This document shows positions 17,768-27,013 of a stretch of 64,000 nt of DNA, in pieces. A model generated the notes under the pieces. That model ran no database searches, was not told where the DNA came from, and saw only the letters and a program-made list of their open reading frames with translations. Position numbers and translations under genes: made by a program. Every line of letters begins with the position of its first letter. Position 1 is the stretch's first letter. The DNA comes from an uncultured Gammaproteobacteria bacterium (GTDB lineage: Bacteria; Patescibacteriota; Microgenomatia; Levybacterales; UBA12049): positions 81,296 through 145,295 of the forward strand of contig CAZWXQ010000004.1 of assembly GCA_964637955.1 (NCBI GenBank), in the 5' to 3' direction.

Positions 17768-17998
17768 AGAAGCAAGCGTCTGATAAGGAATGCCCTCTTC
17801 TATTGCTTTTCTTTTTAACCTTGAGAGATCACGTTCTGTTAATCGAATATTTATGTTTCGTGTTTTATTAAGAGTATTACGAGCAATATCCATAGCTTCT
17901 TTTTTCTCTTTTTCTTGATTTTCTAAAGGAATCCACTCGCCTCTTTCGACTTCATCCAAAAGCTTTTGCTCCTCATCTGTTAGCTTAAAATATTTCAT
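17738..17998 (-). CDS. brnA: BrnA-type antitoxin (RHH/CopG-like)
   Basis: C-terminal NIRLTERDLSRLKRKAIEEGIPYQTLASSILHKA, typical of BrnA. 3 nt downstream of the brnT-like gene. Confidence 0.7.
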   Translation of the reverse strand: MKYFKLTDEEQKLLDEVERGEWIPLENQEKEKKEAMDIARNTLNKTRNINIRLTERDLSRLKRKAIEEGIPYQTLASSILHKATAE

Positions 17999-18001
17999 AT
18001 T

Positions 18002-18277
18002 TTAATTTTTGATTATATATTTTTTTGTCATTTTTCTACTTGGAAATATTGTTTTTAAAAATCGTTTTTCTTCGTCATCGACGAATGGCACTAAAAATAC
18101 GTATTTATTTATATTTACTATGTACATCTTTTGATTTGGATAACGTTTTTTATTTGGATGATCAATAGTTTCTAATAAATTTCCATCATCAATTGCCTGA
18201 ACAACATCCTCAAAACAAACCCCTCTGTCCTCTTTTAACCATTCATTTTTCTTCTTATCCCAATCAAAATATTTCAC
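18002..18277 (-). CDS. brnT: BrnT-family toxin (DUF497 ribonuclease)
   Basis: N-terminal KYFDWDKKKNEWLKEDRGVCFEDVVQAI matches the BrnT motif (FEWDxxKxxxNxxKHGIxFEEA). About 90 aa. Own promoter TTGACA-17-TAAAAT at about 18290-18320 (minus strand). Confidence 0.75.
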   Translation of the reverse strand: MKYFDWDKKKNEWLKEDRGVCFEDVVQAIDDGNLLETIDHPNKKRYPNQKMYIVNINKYVFLVPFVDDEEKRFLKTIFPSRKMTKKYIIKN

Positions 18278-18339
18278 AACTTTCTTAAAATTATTTTATG
18301 ACAAATGATATTATATGTCAATAAATATATGCTTACCAC

Positions 18340-18478
18340 AGACCATAAAAGGCCAGGGATTTAAATTTAGCTCGTAAATAAAGCAAAATTCAAAAGTCAA
18401 AATGCAAAATTGCAATTCAAAAAGTCCAAATTTTTTATTTTTTACTATATCTTTTGACTTTTAATTTTTGAGTTTTAA
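18340..18478. repeat. repeat copy 1: 3' end of regulator gene (CCATAAAAGGCCAGGGATTTAAATT) plus about 100-bp element with inverted arms CAAAAGTCAAAA...TTTTGACTTTT
   Basis: About 97% identical to 19117-19260. First 30 nt match the last codons of the 15939..17276 gene (...TIKGRGFKF). Confidence 0.7.
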
Positions 18479-18501
18479 GTTTAATTATAGCGCAAATTCT
18501 A

Positions 18502-18530
18502 TTGACACTTGTATATTTCTGTAATATACT
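18502..18530 (+). promoter_or_regulatory. sigma70 promoter TTGACA-17 nt-TATACT driving a leaderless brnT transcript
   Basis: -10 ends 4 nt before the TTG/GTG start codon (18534/18537). Predicted TSS coincides with the start codon. Confidence 0.5.
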
Positions 18531-18533
18531 TAT

Positions 18534-18848
18534 TTGGTGACAAGAATATTACCAAAGCCCATTTCCTTTGAATGGGATAAAGGGAATATTGAAAAGAACT
18601 GGAACAAGCATAACGTCACACAAAAAGAAGCTGAAGAAACATTTATCAATAAGCCATTTTTTGTGGTAAATGACAAAAAACATTCTTCTAAAGAGGAGCA
18701 GAGATTTCAAGCATTGGGTAAATCAAAAAGTAACAGAAAATTATTTTTAGTTTTTACAATAAGAGAAATTAGCATTAGGATAATTTCTGCAAGAGATATG
18801 AATAAAAAAGAAAGGAGCATGTATGAAAAAATTAAAACCAATACCTGA
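18534..18848 (+). CDS. brnT: BrnT-family toxin (DUF497)
   Basis: ISFEWDKGNIEKNWNKHNVTQKEAEETF motif; 104 aa; overlaps downstream antitoxin by 26 nt. Confidence 0.75.
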   Translation: MVTRILPKPISFEWDKGNIEKNWNKHNVTQKEAEETFINKPFFVVNDKKHSSKEEQRFQALGKSKSNRKLFLVFTIREISIRIISARDMNKKERSMYEKIKTNT

Positions 18849-19095
18849 ATTTAAAAATGAAAACGAAGAAAGAGATTTTTGGGCTACTGCTGACTCGACT
18901 GAATATATCGATTGGTCTATGGCTGAGGAGGTAATTTTCCCAAATTTAAAATTTTCAACAGAATCAATTTCCCTCAGGCTCCCTTCTTTTTTACTAGCCA
19001 GGATTAAAGAGCTCGCTAACAAACAAGACGTACCATATCAATCTTTAATGAAAATTTATCTAAGTGAAAGGGTAAATAAAGAATTAAATAGTTAA
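18823..19095 (+). CDS. brnA: BrnA-type antitoxin (RHH)
   Basis: C-terminal ISLRLPSFLLARIKELANKQDVPYQSLMKIYLSERV. Confidence 0.7.
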   Translation: MKKLKPIPEFKNENEERDFWATADSTEYIDWSMAEEVIFPNLKFSTESISLRLPSFLLARIKELANKQDVPYQSLMKIYLSERVNKELNS

Positions 19096-19116
19096 AACGC
19101 CTTAATATCCTACCTC

Positions 19117-19260
19117 ATCTCCAAACCATAAAAGGCCGGGGATTTAAATTCACCTCTTAAATAAATCAAAGTTCAAAAGTCAAAATGCAAAATTGCAATT
19201 CAAAAAGTCCAAATTTTTTATTTTTTACTTTATCTTTTGACTTTTAATTTTTGGATTTTA
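19117..19260. repeat. repeat copy 2: regulator-gene 3' remnant (encodes ...LPHLQTIKGRGFKFTS*) plus about 100-bp inverted-repeat element
   Basis: 35/36 nt identical to 17233-17268 of the regulator gene, followed by an element 97% identical to 18378-18475. Confidence 0.7.
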
Positions 19261-19408
19261 ACTTAAAATATTTGCAAAATATTTTCATTTATTCTACGCT
19301 AAATCCAGCACCTAATAATTACATTTGATGTTTGTAAATCTGACAGCTATTAGGCTTAGATTTAATTAAAAAGTTTGAATTTTCTTAAATAGGTGCTAGG
19401 ATAAAATC

Positions 19409-20590
19409 GTGAAGAGAAAATTAATTTATTTTATATTTAGTCTTTTTATATTAATCTCTCAATCATTAATCTTCGCTCCCGCCTTTTCCCCAAAAGCACA
19501 TGCTCTAAACGATTTATGGGACTGTAAAATTTCCTACATAGAGCCAAATCCCCTTACAGATAGCGATAAAAAAATTGACAAGATAACCATAAGCACAGGT
19601 GTTTCAACCCCAGGAAAATACAATGTTTATATAGATGATAAAGGAGGGGACGGCGATATTCATAGAATTAAATCACCCGTCAAATCAGGAGATCATCAAA
19701 TTACAATTGATACCCCATTTGATAAGGAAGGAAGAAGCGTAGATACTAACGACCCAACATTTAAACCTAACTCAACCCTTGATTTTTGGGTGACTCCAAA
19801 ATCAATGAACTCAGACATTTGGCCCGGCACACAGCTTAGCGAGATGGATAAAAGATCTTTTTGTAGAGTCAGTATAGATATTGGGGAAGGAATAGGGGGA
19901 AATGTAAACGAAAGCGAATGTAAAATTCTTGCATCTGGAGAAGGGGTTGGCAAGCCAGTACATCTTAATGTCACCTTTAAAGAAAACTCTGAATACTTAA
20001 ATAATAACTTTCTAATTATAGTTAAAAGCCTTACATCAGGCCAAGAAGTGGAAAGATACAGCCCATATAGCGCTAGCGATCTGCAGAATCCAGGAGTTGA
20101 ACTAAGTAAATTTGACGGGGTTAATCATGTACCCACTATTTTCGATGTTGATGGATATCAAGTAGATCTTCACACCAACGCCGGTCCTCCTTTATGCTCT
20201 TCAATTTTTACAGTAACAGAAACTGGAATTAACAATGCGAAAAGCGCATTCGATGCAGGACTTGGGTTTTTTGCCTGCTCCCCAGACGATCCACTAAATC
20301 CAAAAGAATACACTTGCCACACTGCTATTGGCGACGTTTCCACAGATCCTGAAGGGTTTATAAGAACAGTTTTGGCTTTAATTCTGGGACTAGCAGGCGG
20401 CATACTTCTGATAGTAATCATCTTAAACGGATACAAATTCATGGTTTCCCAAGGAGACCCTGAAAAAATTAAAGATGCCAGGGAAGGCATAGTAGCAGCC
20501 ATTATGGGAATCTTTCTTATCATATTTTCGCTTACTCTCCTAACCATAGTGACTTCAAATATTCTTGATATACCGGGATTTGGAAGCTAG
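19409..20590 (+). CDS. secreted protein with large N-terminal ectodomain fused to a C-terminal T4SS-pilin-like two-helix module
   Basis: Signal peptide MKRKLIYFIFSLFILISQSLIFAPA. C-terminal LILGLAGGILLIVIILNGYKFMVSQGDPEKIKDAREGIVAAIMGIFLIIFSL matches the module shared by the three downstream pilins. Confidence 0.6.
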   Translation: MKRKLIYFIFSLFILISQSLIFAPAFSPKAHALNDLWDCKISYIEPNPLTDSDKKIDKITISTGVSTPGKYNVYIDDKGGDGDIHRIKSPVKSGDHQITIDTPFDKEGRSVDTNDPTFKPNSTLDFWVTPKSMNSDIWPGTQLSEMDKRSFCRVSIDIGEGIGGNVNESECKILASGEGVGKPVHLNVTFKENSEYLNNNFLIIVKSLTSGQEVERYSPYSASDLQNPGVELSKFDGVNHVPTIFDVDGYQVDLHTNAGPPLCSSIFTVTETGINNAKSAFDAGLGFFACSPDDPLNPKEYTCHTAIGDVSTDPEGFIRTVLALILGLAGGILLIVIILNGYKFMVSQGDPEKIKDAREGIVAAIMGIFLIIFSLTLLTIVTSNILDIPGFGS

Positions 20591-20719
20591 AATAGCGACT
20601 AAATGGTAGCGTTTAGGGCTTAGTTAAGAGTAATAAGCAGATATAATCATTTTGGTTCAATTTTCAATTTGAAATTTAAAATTTGAAATAAAACCTGTTT
20701 GCCGACAGGCAAAATTTAA

Positions 20720-21074
20720 ATGATAAATGAAGTTAAATATGACCTAGAGGAAAGAACTACATTATTTTCTGAGGAAATTATTAATCTTTGTAAAAAAAAC
20801 TCCTAAAAATATTGTTACTATTCCCATCGTCAATCAGCTTATCAGATCTGGAACTTCAATTGGAGCAAACTATATGGAAGCGAATGGTGCCAGCAGCAAA
20901 AAAGATTTTAAGAATAAAATATTTATTTGTAAAAAAGAGTCCAAAGAAACAAAATACTGGATAAGGCTACTTGCAAATACCTCCAAAGAAGTCGAAAATG
21001 ACTGTAGACTACTTTGGAAAGAAGCTCAAGAATTGACTTTAATTTTCTCTAAAATTGCAGTAAACACGAAATAG
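20720..21074 (+). pseudogene. four-helix-bundle protein gene disrupted by a frameshift in an A8 tract (20792-20799)
   Basis: MINEVKYDLEERTTLFSEEIINLCKKNS* then +1 frame continues ...IVTIPIVNQLIRSGTSIGANYMEANGASSKKDFKNKIFICKKESKETKYWIRLL. Removing one A restores a full-length protein. Confidence 0.55.
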
Positions 21075-21145
21075 TTTTAAAATTAGTGAATTAACATTTG
21101 ACTGAAAATTAAAAATTTTAAATTTTAAATTCTGATTAACCTAAA

Positions 21146-21463
21146 ATGAAACTAATTTCTTATAAAATTCCAGGTGGCGAAGTGACCGGAGTAGAGGGCA
21201 TGCCAGATAAAGGCTGGGACAGCTTTCAAGGCCTTGTTACGTGGGGTATGACCGTTATCATGATCGGCGCTTCTCTACTTTGCCTTTTTCTTCTTATCAT
21301 GGGTGGGATTCAATGGATCACCTCAGGCGGAGACAAATCTGGGATTGAGGGTGCCAGAAAAAGAATAATTTATGCTCTAATCGGCCTCGTCATAATATTT
21401 TCGTCCTATTTTATAATTAATTTTGTGGGAGATTTTTTTAATTTAAATTTGCTAGGAATCTAA
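21146..21463 (+). CDS. T4SS pilin-like protein (CPR-type, two TM helices)
   Basis: TM1-IMGGIQWITSGGDKSGIEGARKRIIYALIGLVIIF-TM2 module, about 105 aa. Resembles the T4SS_pilin family described from Patescibacteria / VirB2-TrbC-like. Confidence 0.65.
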   Translation: MKLISYKIPGGEVTGVEGMPDKGWDSFQGLVTWGMTVIMIGASLLCLFLLIMGGIQWITSGGDKSGIEGARKRIIYALIGLVIIFSSYFIINFVGDFFNLNLLGI

Positions 21464-21492
21464 AGAAACTGCCCTTCTCTAGAACTCCCCTC

Positions 21493-21942
21493 TTGACAAA
21501 CATTTTAAAACTCCTTACGATCATATTATCTATGAAAAAAGTATCTGCTCTTATTTTTTCCGGAGCTACTTATCTTTCCCTAGCTACGCATGCTTTTGCA
21601 GAAACTCCTATCAACCCTTGTCCAGAAGCCAATCCTGACGGAGCAAATTTTAACATACTTTGCACATTAGCTCCGGGCGGTAGCCTCATATCTTTTCTCG
21701 TTACTGTTGCATTTATTGCAGCCTCTCTCATAGCACTGGGTTTTCTTATTTTTGGGGGAATAAAATGGATAATGTCAGGTGGCGATAAGTCTGGAGTAGA
21801 AGCAGCAAGAAACATGATAGTTGCCGCTTTAGTTGGACTTGTAATTACGTTTTTAGCATATCTCATAATAAACGTCGTATTTACATTCTTTAATTTAGGG
21901 AGCATTACTGGCCTTGTACTCCCTACAATTCCTACGCATTAA
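21493..21942 (+). CDS. T4SS pilin-like protein
   Basis: Signal-like N-terminus, then IFGGIKWIMSGGDKSGVEAARNMIVAALVGLVITF module. Probable true start at internal MKKVSAL (about 21532). Confidence 0.65.
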   Translation: MTNILKLLTIILSMKKVSALIFSGATYLSLATHAFAETPINPCPEANPDGANFNILCTLAPGGSLISFLVTVAFIAASLIALGFLIFGGIKWIMSGGDKSGVEAARNMIVAALVGLVITFLAYLIINVVFTFFNLGSITGLVLPTIPTH

Positions 21943-22019
21943 GAGATTAGATCTAAGCCTGCATTAAGTTAGCTCTTGTTGTTTTTTAATAATTACTCTG
22001 TTACGCTTTATTTAGATTT

Positions 22020-22829
22020 ATGAGAAAAGTTTTCTTATTTTTTTTGGTTTTAATTAGCTTCGCATTATCCTTATATATTTCAAATCCTAAAATAGTCCTT
22101 GCCGAAGGCCCAAACGAAGGAATAAAACTTAGGGAACTTGAAGATACTGGCTGCTTGTATAAGGATGATGATTCTGCGGTAAATGCTGACATCGTTAAGA
22201 GCGTAAATGAAGAAAATGGATATGTCCTCACCTTAGACTGCGTTCCCGTACTTTTCTTCAATTTAGTATTCTGGGCGCTTACTTTTGCTGGACTAGTAGC
22301 ACTACTCTTTGTAATCTTTGGTGGCTTTAAATATATGACCTCTGGAGGCGATCAGAAAGCCGTAGATGGGGGGAGAAAGACTATCACCTGGGCTATCATA
22401 GGGCTTATCGTAATTCTCTTCTCATTCGCGACCGTGAGATTTATTGCAGATATAACTGGCATGGAGTGCTTAACTAGATTTGGATTTATAGGAACTTGTG
22501 GAACAGCAAATGGTGGAGGCGGTGGTGGTGGTGGTGGTGGAGGCGGAGATGGTGGCTGGTGTAGTGATGTTAATCCATCAGGCAGATGTCACACAGAAGG
22601 ACAGGTGTGTAGGATTGAAGGCGGTACACCCACTTGTAGATTTGATTGCGACAACAACCACAGAAATGGCTGGTGCGCTTCCCCTGAAAAATGCAAGAGA
22701 TTCAACGATAATGTTAATATTTATAAATGCCAACTAAAATGCGACGGAATACAAAACGGATACTGTCCAAATGGACAAATTTGCACGTATAATTCCGTGG
22801 ATGGACTTTATCAGTGCCAAAGTCACTAA
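22020..22829 (+). CDS. T4SS pilin-like protein with C-terminal poly-Gly linker and Cys-rich (knottin/EGF-like) domain
   Basis: IFGGFKYMTSGGDQKAVDGGRKTITWAIIGLIVIL module, then G13 run, then about 90 aa with 16 Cys (CSDVNPSGRCHTEGQVCRIEGGTPTCRFDCDNN...). Confidence 0.65.
   Translation: MRKVFLFFLVLISFALSLYISNPKIVLAEGPNEGIKLRELEDTGCLYKDDDSAVNADIVKSVNEENGYVLTLDCVPVLFFNLVFWALTFAGLVALLFVIFGGFKYMTSGGDQKAVDGGRKTITWAIIGLIVILFSFATVRFIADITGMECLTRFGFIGTCGTANGGGGGGGGGGGGDGGWCSDVNPSGRCHTEGQVCRIEGGTPTCRFDCDNNHRNGWCASPEKCKRFNDNVNIYKCQLKCDGIQNGYCPNGQICTYNSVDGLYQCQSH
22511..22555 (+). repeat. GGT/GGA/GGC triplet repeat encoding poly-Gly
   Basis: ggtggaggcggtggtggtggtggtggtggaggcggagatggtggc inside CDS 22020..22829. 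Confidence 0.8.
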
Positions 22830-23038
22830 TATTACACATCTGCCGAGAACACAAAGAATATATTATACAAAATAGATCAGAAGAAAATTAAGAGAATTGT
22901 AAATAAACTATTTGATGAAATAAAAATTGCGCAGACCCTAATTCGCCAAGTTAATAAGCATTTAAATTAAATTTAAATCTAGTACATTAAATGAGCTTCT
23001 GCTATGGTTTTGTAGGAACCTTCGGATCATAATTGACT

Positions 23039-24334
23039 CTAGCGCTGCCCCCCGGGAGTAATCGCGCCACCTGCAAAATCCTTAAATGCACTTGCTGCCA
23101 CAATCGCTACGATTGCAAAAAAGCTCATGCCCTTTAACTTTTTATATTTTTCCTGTTCAAGCTGGCCGAAAAGCTCAGTCATAAATTTAGTTGCTTCTTC
23201 TTGATTCTTAAATTCCCTACCTGTTATCAGCTGTGCAACATTTTTTACCTTAAATACGTCAAAATTCTTTAACATTTCTTCCATATTTCCTCCATCGCCA
23301 AGATCTAAAATAGCATCTGCCCGATGCCTCGGCATTCCGGCCGCCTCCATATTTTTTAGGAGTAAATCTCTAGATGCTGTTCGAGCAGCTTCTACGCGGG
23401 CGGCTTCAACTGGCGAAAGCTGCAAGCCCTCTGCTTCTGGAATATCTTTATAATATGCATTAAGCACCCTTATAGCGTCTCCCATCACATAATCCGCTAA
23501 AGGCTTACCTGTATACGTCTTTGCTCCTCGTACAAGATCAAGCATATTCTGTAATTTTTCAACATCAGCCTTAGGATCTTTATCTTGTATATCCTTAATG
23601 TCTTGGGCTAATCTTGCTTCATATGCATCCATACTCTTTTTTTGAATCTCGGTGACTACTGTGGCATCTGCTTCTGGAGCAGGGTCGTAGCTGGTCGTAT
23701 ATTTACCATCCCTAATTAATCCTTCGATAACAGCTTTCCTGTCTGGAGTTAAAGTAGGAGACTCTAACTCTATTTCTAAGTCAGAGAGATTTCCCGCTTC
23801 TCCATTCTGACCAATTAGCTGCATGTCTTTACTTATTTCTTCATAAGTGGATTTAGCAACCTCATAATCTGGACTATCGCTGGGGACAGTTTTAAGTAAT
23901 CTTAATAAATTTCTCCTATTTTCTGTTATCGCAACTGAAGGATCTGCTGAAGTTGATGAATCATATTCTATACCTGATCTTTCCAAAATTTGTTTCGCTG
24001 AAGTAAATAAACGACCTATTTGTTCTGCTCTGGGTATATTCAAAAATTCCTGAATAGCTGAGTCTAAAATCTCAATGTTAACATCCGCAGATGCTCCAGA
24101 CTGAGCATCAGAAGTAGCCGACTCGGGTCCAACATCGGCACCATCAACAGACTGATCTTCTGGTAATTCAGCAACTGGAACATCGCCTACGGGTGGCACA
24201 GCTTCAGATGGAGGCTTAGGATCTGGCGACACAACCGAATCTGTAACGGGTGCTGGATTAACTTCTTCAGGACCGGCAATTTCTGCTGGATCTAATCCCA
24301 TTTCGACTGCGCTTGGACCACCATCTATAGGCAT
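23039..24334 (-). CDS. hypothetical acidic protein with C-terminal TM anchor
   Basis: 431 aa. P/A/E-rich N-terminus. C-terminal MSFFAIVAIVAASAFKDFAGG hydrophobic tail. Looks GC-richer than flanks by eye. Confidence 0.55.
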   Translation of the reverse strand: MPIDGGPSAVEMGLDPAEIAGPEEVNPAPVTDSVVSPDPKPPSEAVPPVGDVPVAELPEDQSVDGADVGPESATSDAQSGASADVNIEILDSAIQEFLNIPRAEQIGRLFTSAKQILERSGIEYDSSTSADPSVAITENRRNLLRLLKTVPSDSPDYEVAKSTYEEISKDMQLIGQNGEAGNLSDLEIELESPTLTPDRKAVIEGLIRDGKYTTSYDPAPEADATVVTEIQKKSMDAYEARLAQDIKDIQDKDPKADVEKLQNMLDLVRGAKTYTGKPLADYVMGDAIRVLNAYYKDIPEAEGLQLSPVEAARVEAARTASRDLLLKNMEAAGMPRHRADAILDLGDGGNMEEMLKNFDVFKVKNVAQLITGREFKNQEEATKFMTELFGQLEQEKYKKLKGMSFFAIVAIVAASAFKDFAGGAITPGGQR

Positions 24335-24387
24335 AAATTAATACTATATTCATTGCGACCCAATTTCAAGTGTGCTAATCTTAAATT

Positions 24388-26523
24388 ATGTCTGAAGTTA
24401 ATCCGGCAATTCAAGCAGCTGCACATGTCACTCCGCCTGCAACAAACGAATTTATGCCTGCTGCTGCGGCAGATACACATGGTACTGCAGATACTCATGG
24501 AGCGCCTGCGACTGGAACCCATGGCGAAGCTCCACCGGCTCAGCCCAAACAAAGCCGTATGGATAAATTATTTCGGAGAGCTCCAGAAGCTCCAAAGCCT
24601 CCCTCTAATGAAGGCGCAAACGCTAGGCAATCCAGTGTGGTTGAGGGTGGAAAAACCACAAAAACCATACAATTTGATCCGGAAACAAAAGCCAAGATCA
24701 CAGACATCTTGACTGCAAGAATTACTAAAGCAGAGCTTTCAAAAACAAGAGAACCCATCTCCGAAATAGACCAGCGCCTGATTGAATCAGGAATTATGGG
24801 GAGGCTTGCAGATGGAACATATACAGATAAGGACATTTTTACAATTCAAGCTGTTATCACCGACGACTATCTTGAAGGCTCGGCTTACATAGGCAGAATA
24901 GGTGTTTATGATAAAAGACAAGGCAGAGATGTAGGCATTCGCCAAGATGGCAAGATAATGACTCGGATGGATCCAGATCGCAGATATAACCAGCCTACAG
25001 AAGAAAAATTGGCTGCCTTAAACGCTCTAAGAATAAAAGTAAATGAAACTTTACTGGGAAAAGGAGCTAAGGATCCTCTTATTGACTATAATTCATCTAT
25101 TTATCCATATGATCTTATGCGAGGATCTGGCCTAATTTTTAATCAAGAGCTAGCAAAGCAAATTGATGCTTTAGTTACCCAATATTTCCCAGGTGAATCT
25201 GTGAAATCTATATGGAAAAAGGATAGGCCAAAAATGGCAGAAATTATGATCCAGGCAAATGAAAATGCTTTCAAATTCCTAATCGAGGGTAGAGCAGATT
25301 CCATACTTCGGGATCCACCTGACATCAGCGTCGATGCCATAAGACAAAGAGCGACAGAGGCAGGCGGGCCTCCTTCTCAAGAAAAAATAGCACAACTTAC
25401 AAAAGAGGTTGCTGAAGCAACAGAAGCAGAATTAAATGCTCAGCAAGCATACGACGCCCTAGAAGCTAAATATAAGTCTTTGAAGGTATTAAAAAGAACA
25501 AAAGATGATGCCGATGCTGCAGTTAGAAGCTTTAACACTAGCGCAACAGGCCCTGGTGGATTAATAGAAACTGCAAGACAAAATTTATTCGATACAAAAG
25601 CTCGACAAGCTGAAGCTGATCCAAAACAAAAATCTGCTCTCCAGACTAGCGTAGATAGGTATGCTGAGGAGTTAAAAGCATTATTAACAAAACAAGAGCA
25701 GCTTCTAAATGCTCAAGCAACAGCAGGACTCAATTTTACAAATGAAGAACAAGCAGAGCTAGATGAGATCTATAAAGCTGCTGACGGTACTAATCCTGCA
25801 ACCGGAAAATTAAAAGATGCAGAAGAAGCATTAGGAGATGATACTAGGGGAAGAAAGAAAGATACAATTGACAAGCAAAAGGCTTTAAAAGCAGCACAAG
25901 AAAGTGGACCAAAGCCATCAAAAGAGGCTGTGGCAAAATCCGAACAACTTACCTCTTGGGCAGATAGTTATGAGAAAAAAGGGAAAATAACAGAAACTAT
26001 CTGGAAGCAAGGCGATTCAGATCCTTATTCTATAAAAAGCATAAAAGACATCACCATTACGCCGGACGGAACAGTGAAGGGATACGATGCGCTTTTAGAG
26101 CTCATGTTTATTGCAGCAGACCCTAAAGGAGCAGGAAAACACTCGCTGGATCATTATAGACAAATGATGCGTCCTGAGGTTTTTGCCCAACGAGTTCTTA
26201 AAGAGTTTCCAGTCAGAGATCCAAATGAGCCTATCAGCCCACTCACACATAGCTCACTAAACGCTTTAATACATGAGATTGAGCAAGGTGCTCCTGAGAT
26301 AAATGCATTAATGGCTCAACCTTCAAGAACTAATGAGGTAGAATATAGACTCAGGACAATTATGGAAAGCAGAAGAAGAGCCGTAGCTGAAATTACCCAA
26401 ATCGCATTAAATCAATTACCATCAGCCAATAAAGCTGGGTTTGCAAGCTTTGTAAATGAATTAATGATTGAAGGTGCTAGGTCTGCAATGAGAGGAGACC
26501 CACAGTTAAAACTAAACTACTAA
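24388..26523 (+). CDS. hypothetical protein (711 aa)
   Basis: Long ORF, helical/coiled-coil-rich middle, no recognisable catalytic motif; within T4SS island. Confidence 0.55.
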   Translation: MSEVNPAIQAAAHVTPPATNEFMPAAAADTHGTADTHGAPATGTHGEAPPAQPKQSRMDKLFRRAPEAPKPPSNEGANARQSSVVEGGKTTKTIQFDPETKAKITDILTARITKAELSKTREPISEIDQRLIESGIMGRLADGTYTDKDIFTIQAVITDDYLEGSAYIGRIGVYDKRQGRDVGIRQDGKIMTRMDPDRRYNQPTEEKLAALNALRIKVNETLLGKGAKDPLIDYNSSIYPYDLMRGSGLIFNQELAKQIDALVTQYFPGESVKSIWKKDRPKMAEIMIQANENAFKFLIEGRADSILRDPPDISVDAIRQRATEAGGPPSQEKIAQLTKEVAEATEAELNAQQAYDALEAKYKSLKVLKRTKDDADAAVRSFNTSATGPGGLIETARQNLFDTKARQAEADPKQKSALQTSVDRYAEELKALLTKQEQLLNAQATAGLNFTNEEQAELDEIYKAADGTNPATGKLKDAEEALGDDTRGRKKDTIDKQKALKAAQESGPKPSKEAVAKSEQLTSWADSYEKKGKITETIWKQGDSDPYSIKSIKDITITPDGTVKGYDALLELMFIAADPKGAGKHSLDHYRQMMRPEVFAQRVLKEFPVRDPNEPISPLTHSSLNALIHEIEQGAPEINALMAQPSRTNEVEYRLRTIMESRRRAVAEITQIALNQLPSANKAGFASFVNELMIEGARSAMRGDPQLKLNY

Positions 26524-26524
26524 T

Positions 26525-26878
26525 ATGGTAAATAAAGATAATTTAAAAAACTTACTTTCAATTGCGCCAGTCCCTACTAACCTAAAGCCTCAGTTTTTGG
26601 CGCTTATCGACACAGCAAACGAAGACAAGCTTCTCGAGATAGAGTCATTTTGCTGGGAAGCTCTTTTCGCTGAAGCAGAACTGAAAAAACAAAAAATGGA
26701 ATCGGAATATATGCTTAAAGTAGAAAAAGGGGAGATTACTTACTCTGTAGAAGAAATGAATAAATTTGGAGAAATAGTTTCAAACGAGCTAAAAGCAAAG
26801 ATAGATAGCACGCAAACAGCTGGGCAGTTAAATGATATTAGAGAAAAACTCCAGGCCCAAACACCAAACTCAAATTAG
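26525..26878 (+). CDS. hypothetical protein
   Basis: 117-aa ORF starting 2 nt after the upstream stop (operonic). Confidence 0.5.
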   Translation: MVNKDNLKNLLSIAPVPTNLKPQFLALIDTANEDKLLEIESFCWEALFAEAELKKQKMESEYMLKVEKGEITYSVEEMNKFGEIVSNELKAKIDSTQTAGQLNDIREKLQAQTPNSN

Positions 26879-27013
26879 TTTTCACAACTGAGGCTAAAAC
26901 GTCTTAAATTTGATCCACTTTGATTTCTTGAATTAGGATTTTTCACGGTCAATACTTATATACAGTTGCTAGATAATAGTTTCTAGTTATTAGTGTTTTG
27001 AATATAAACTGAA

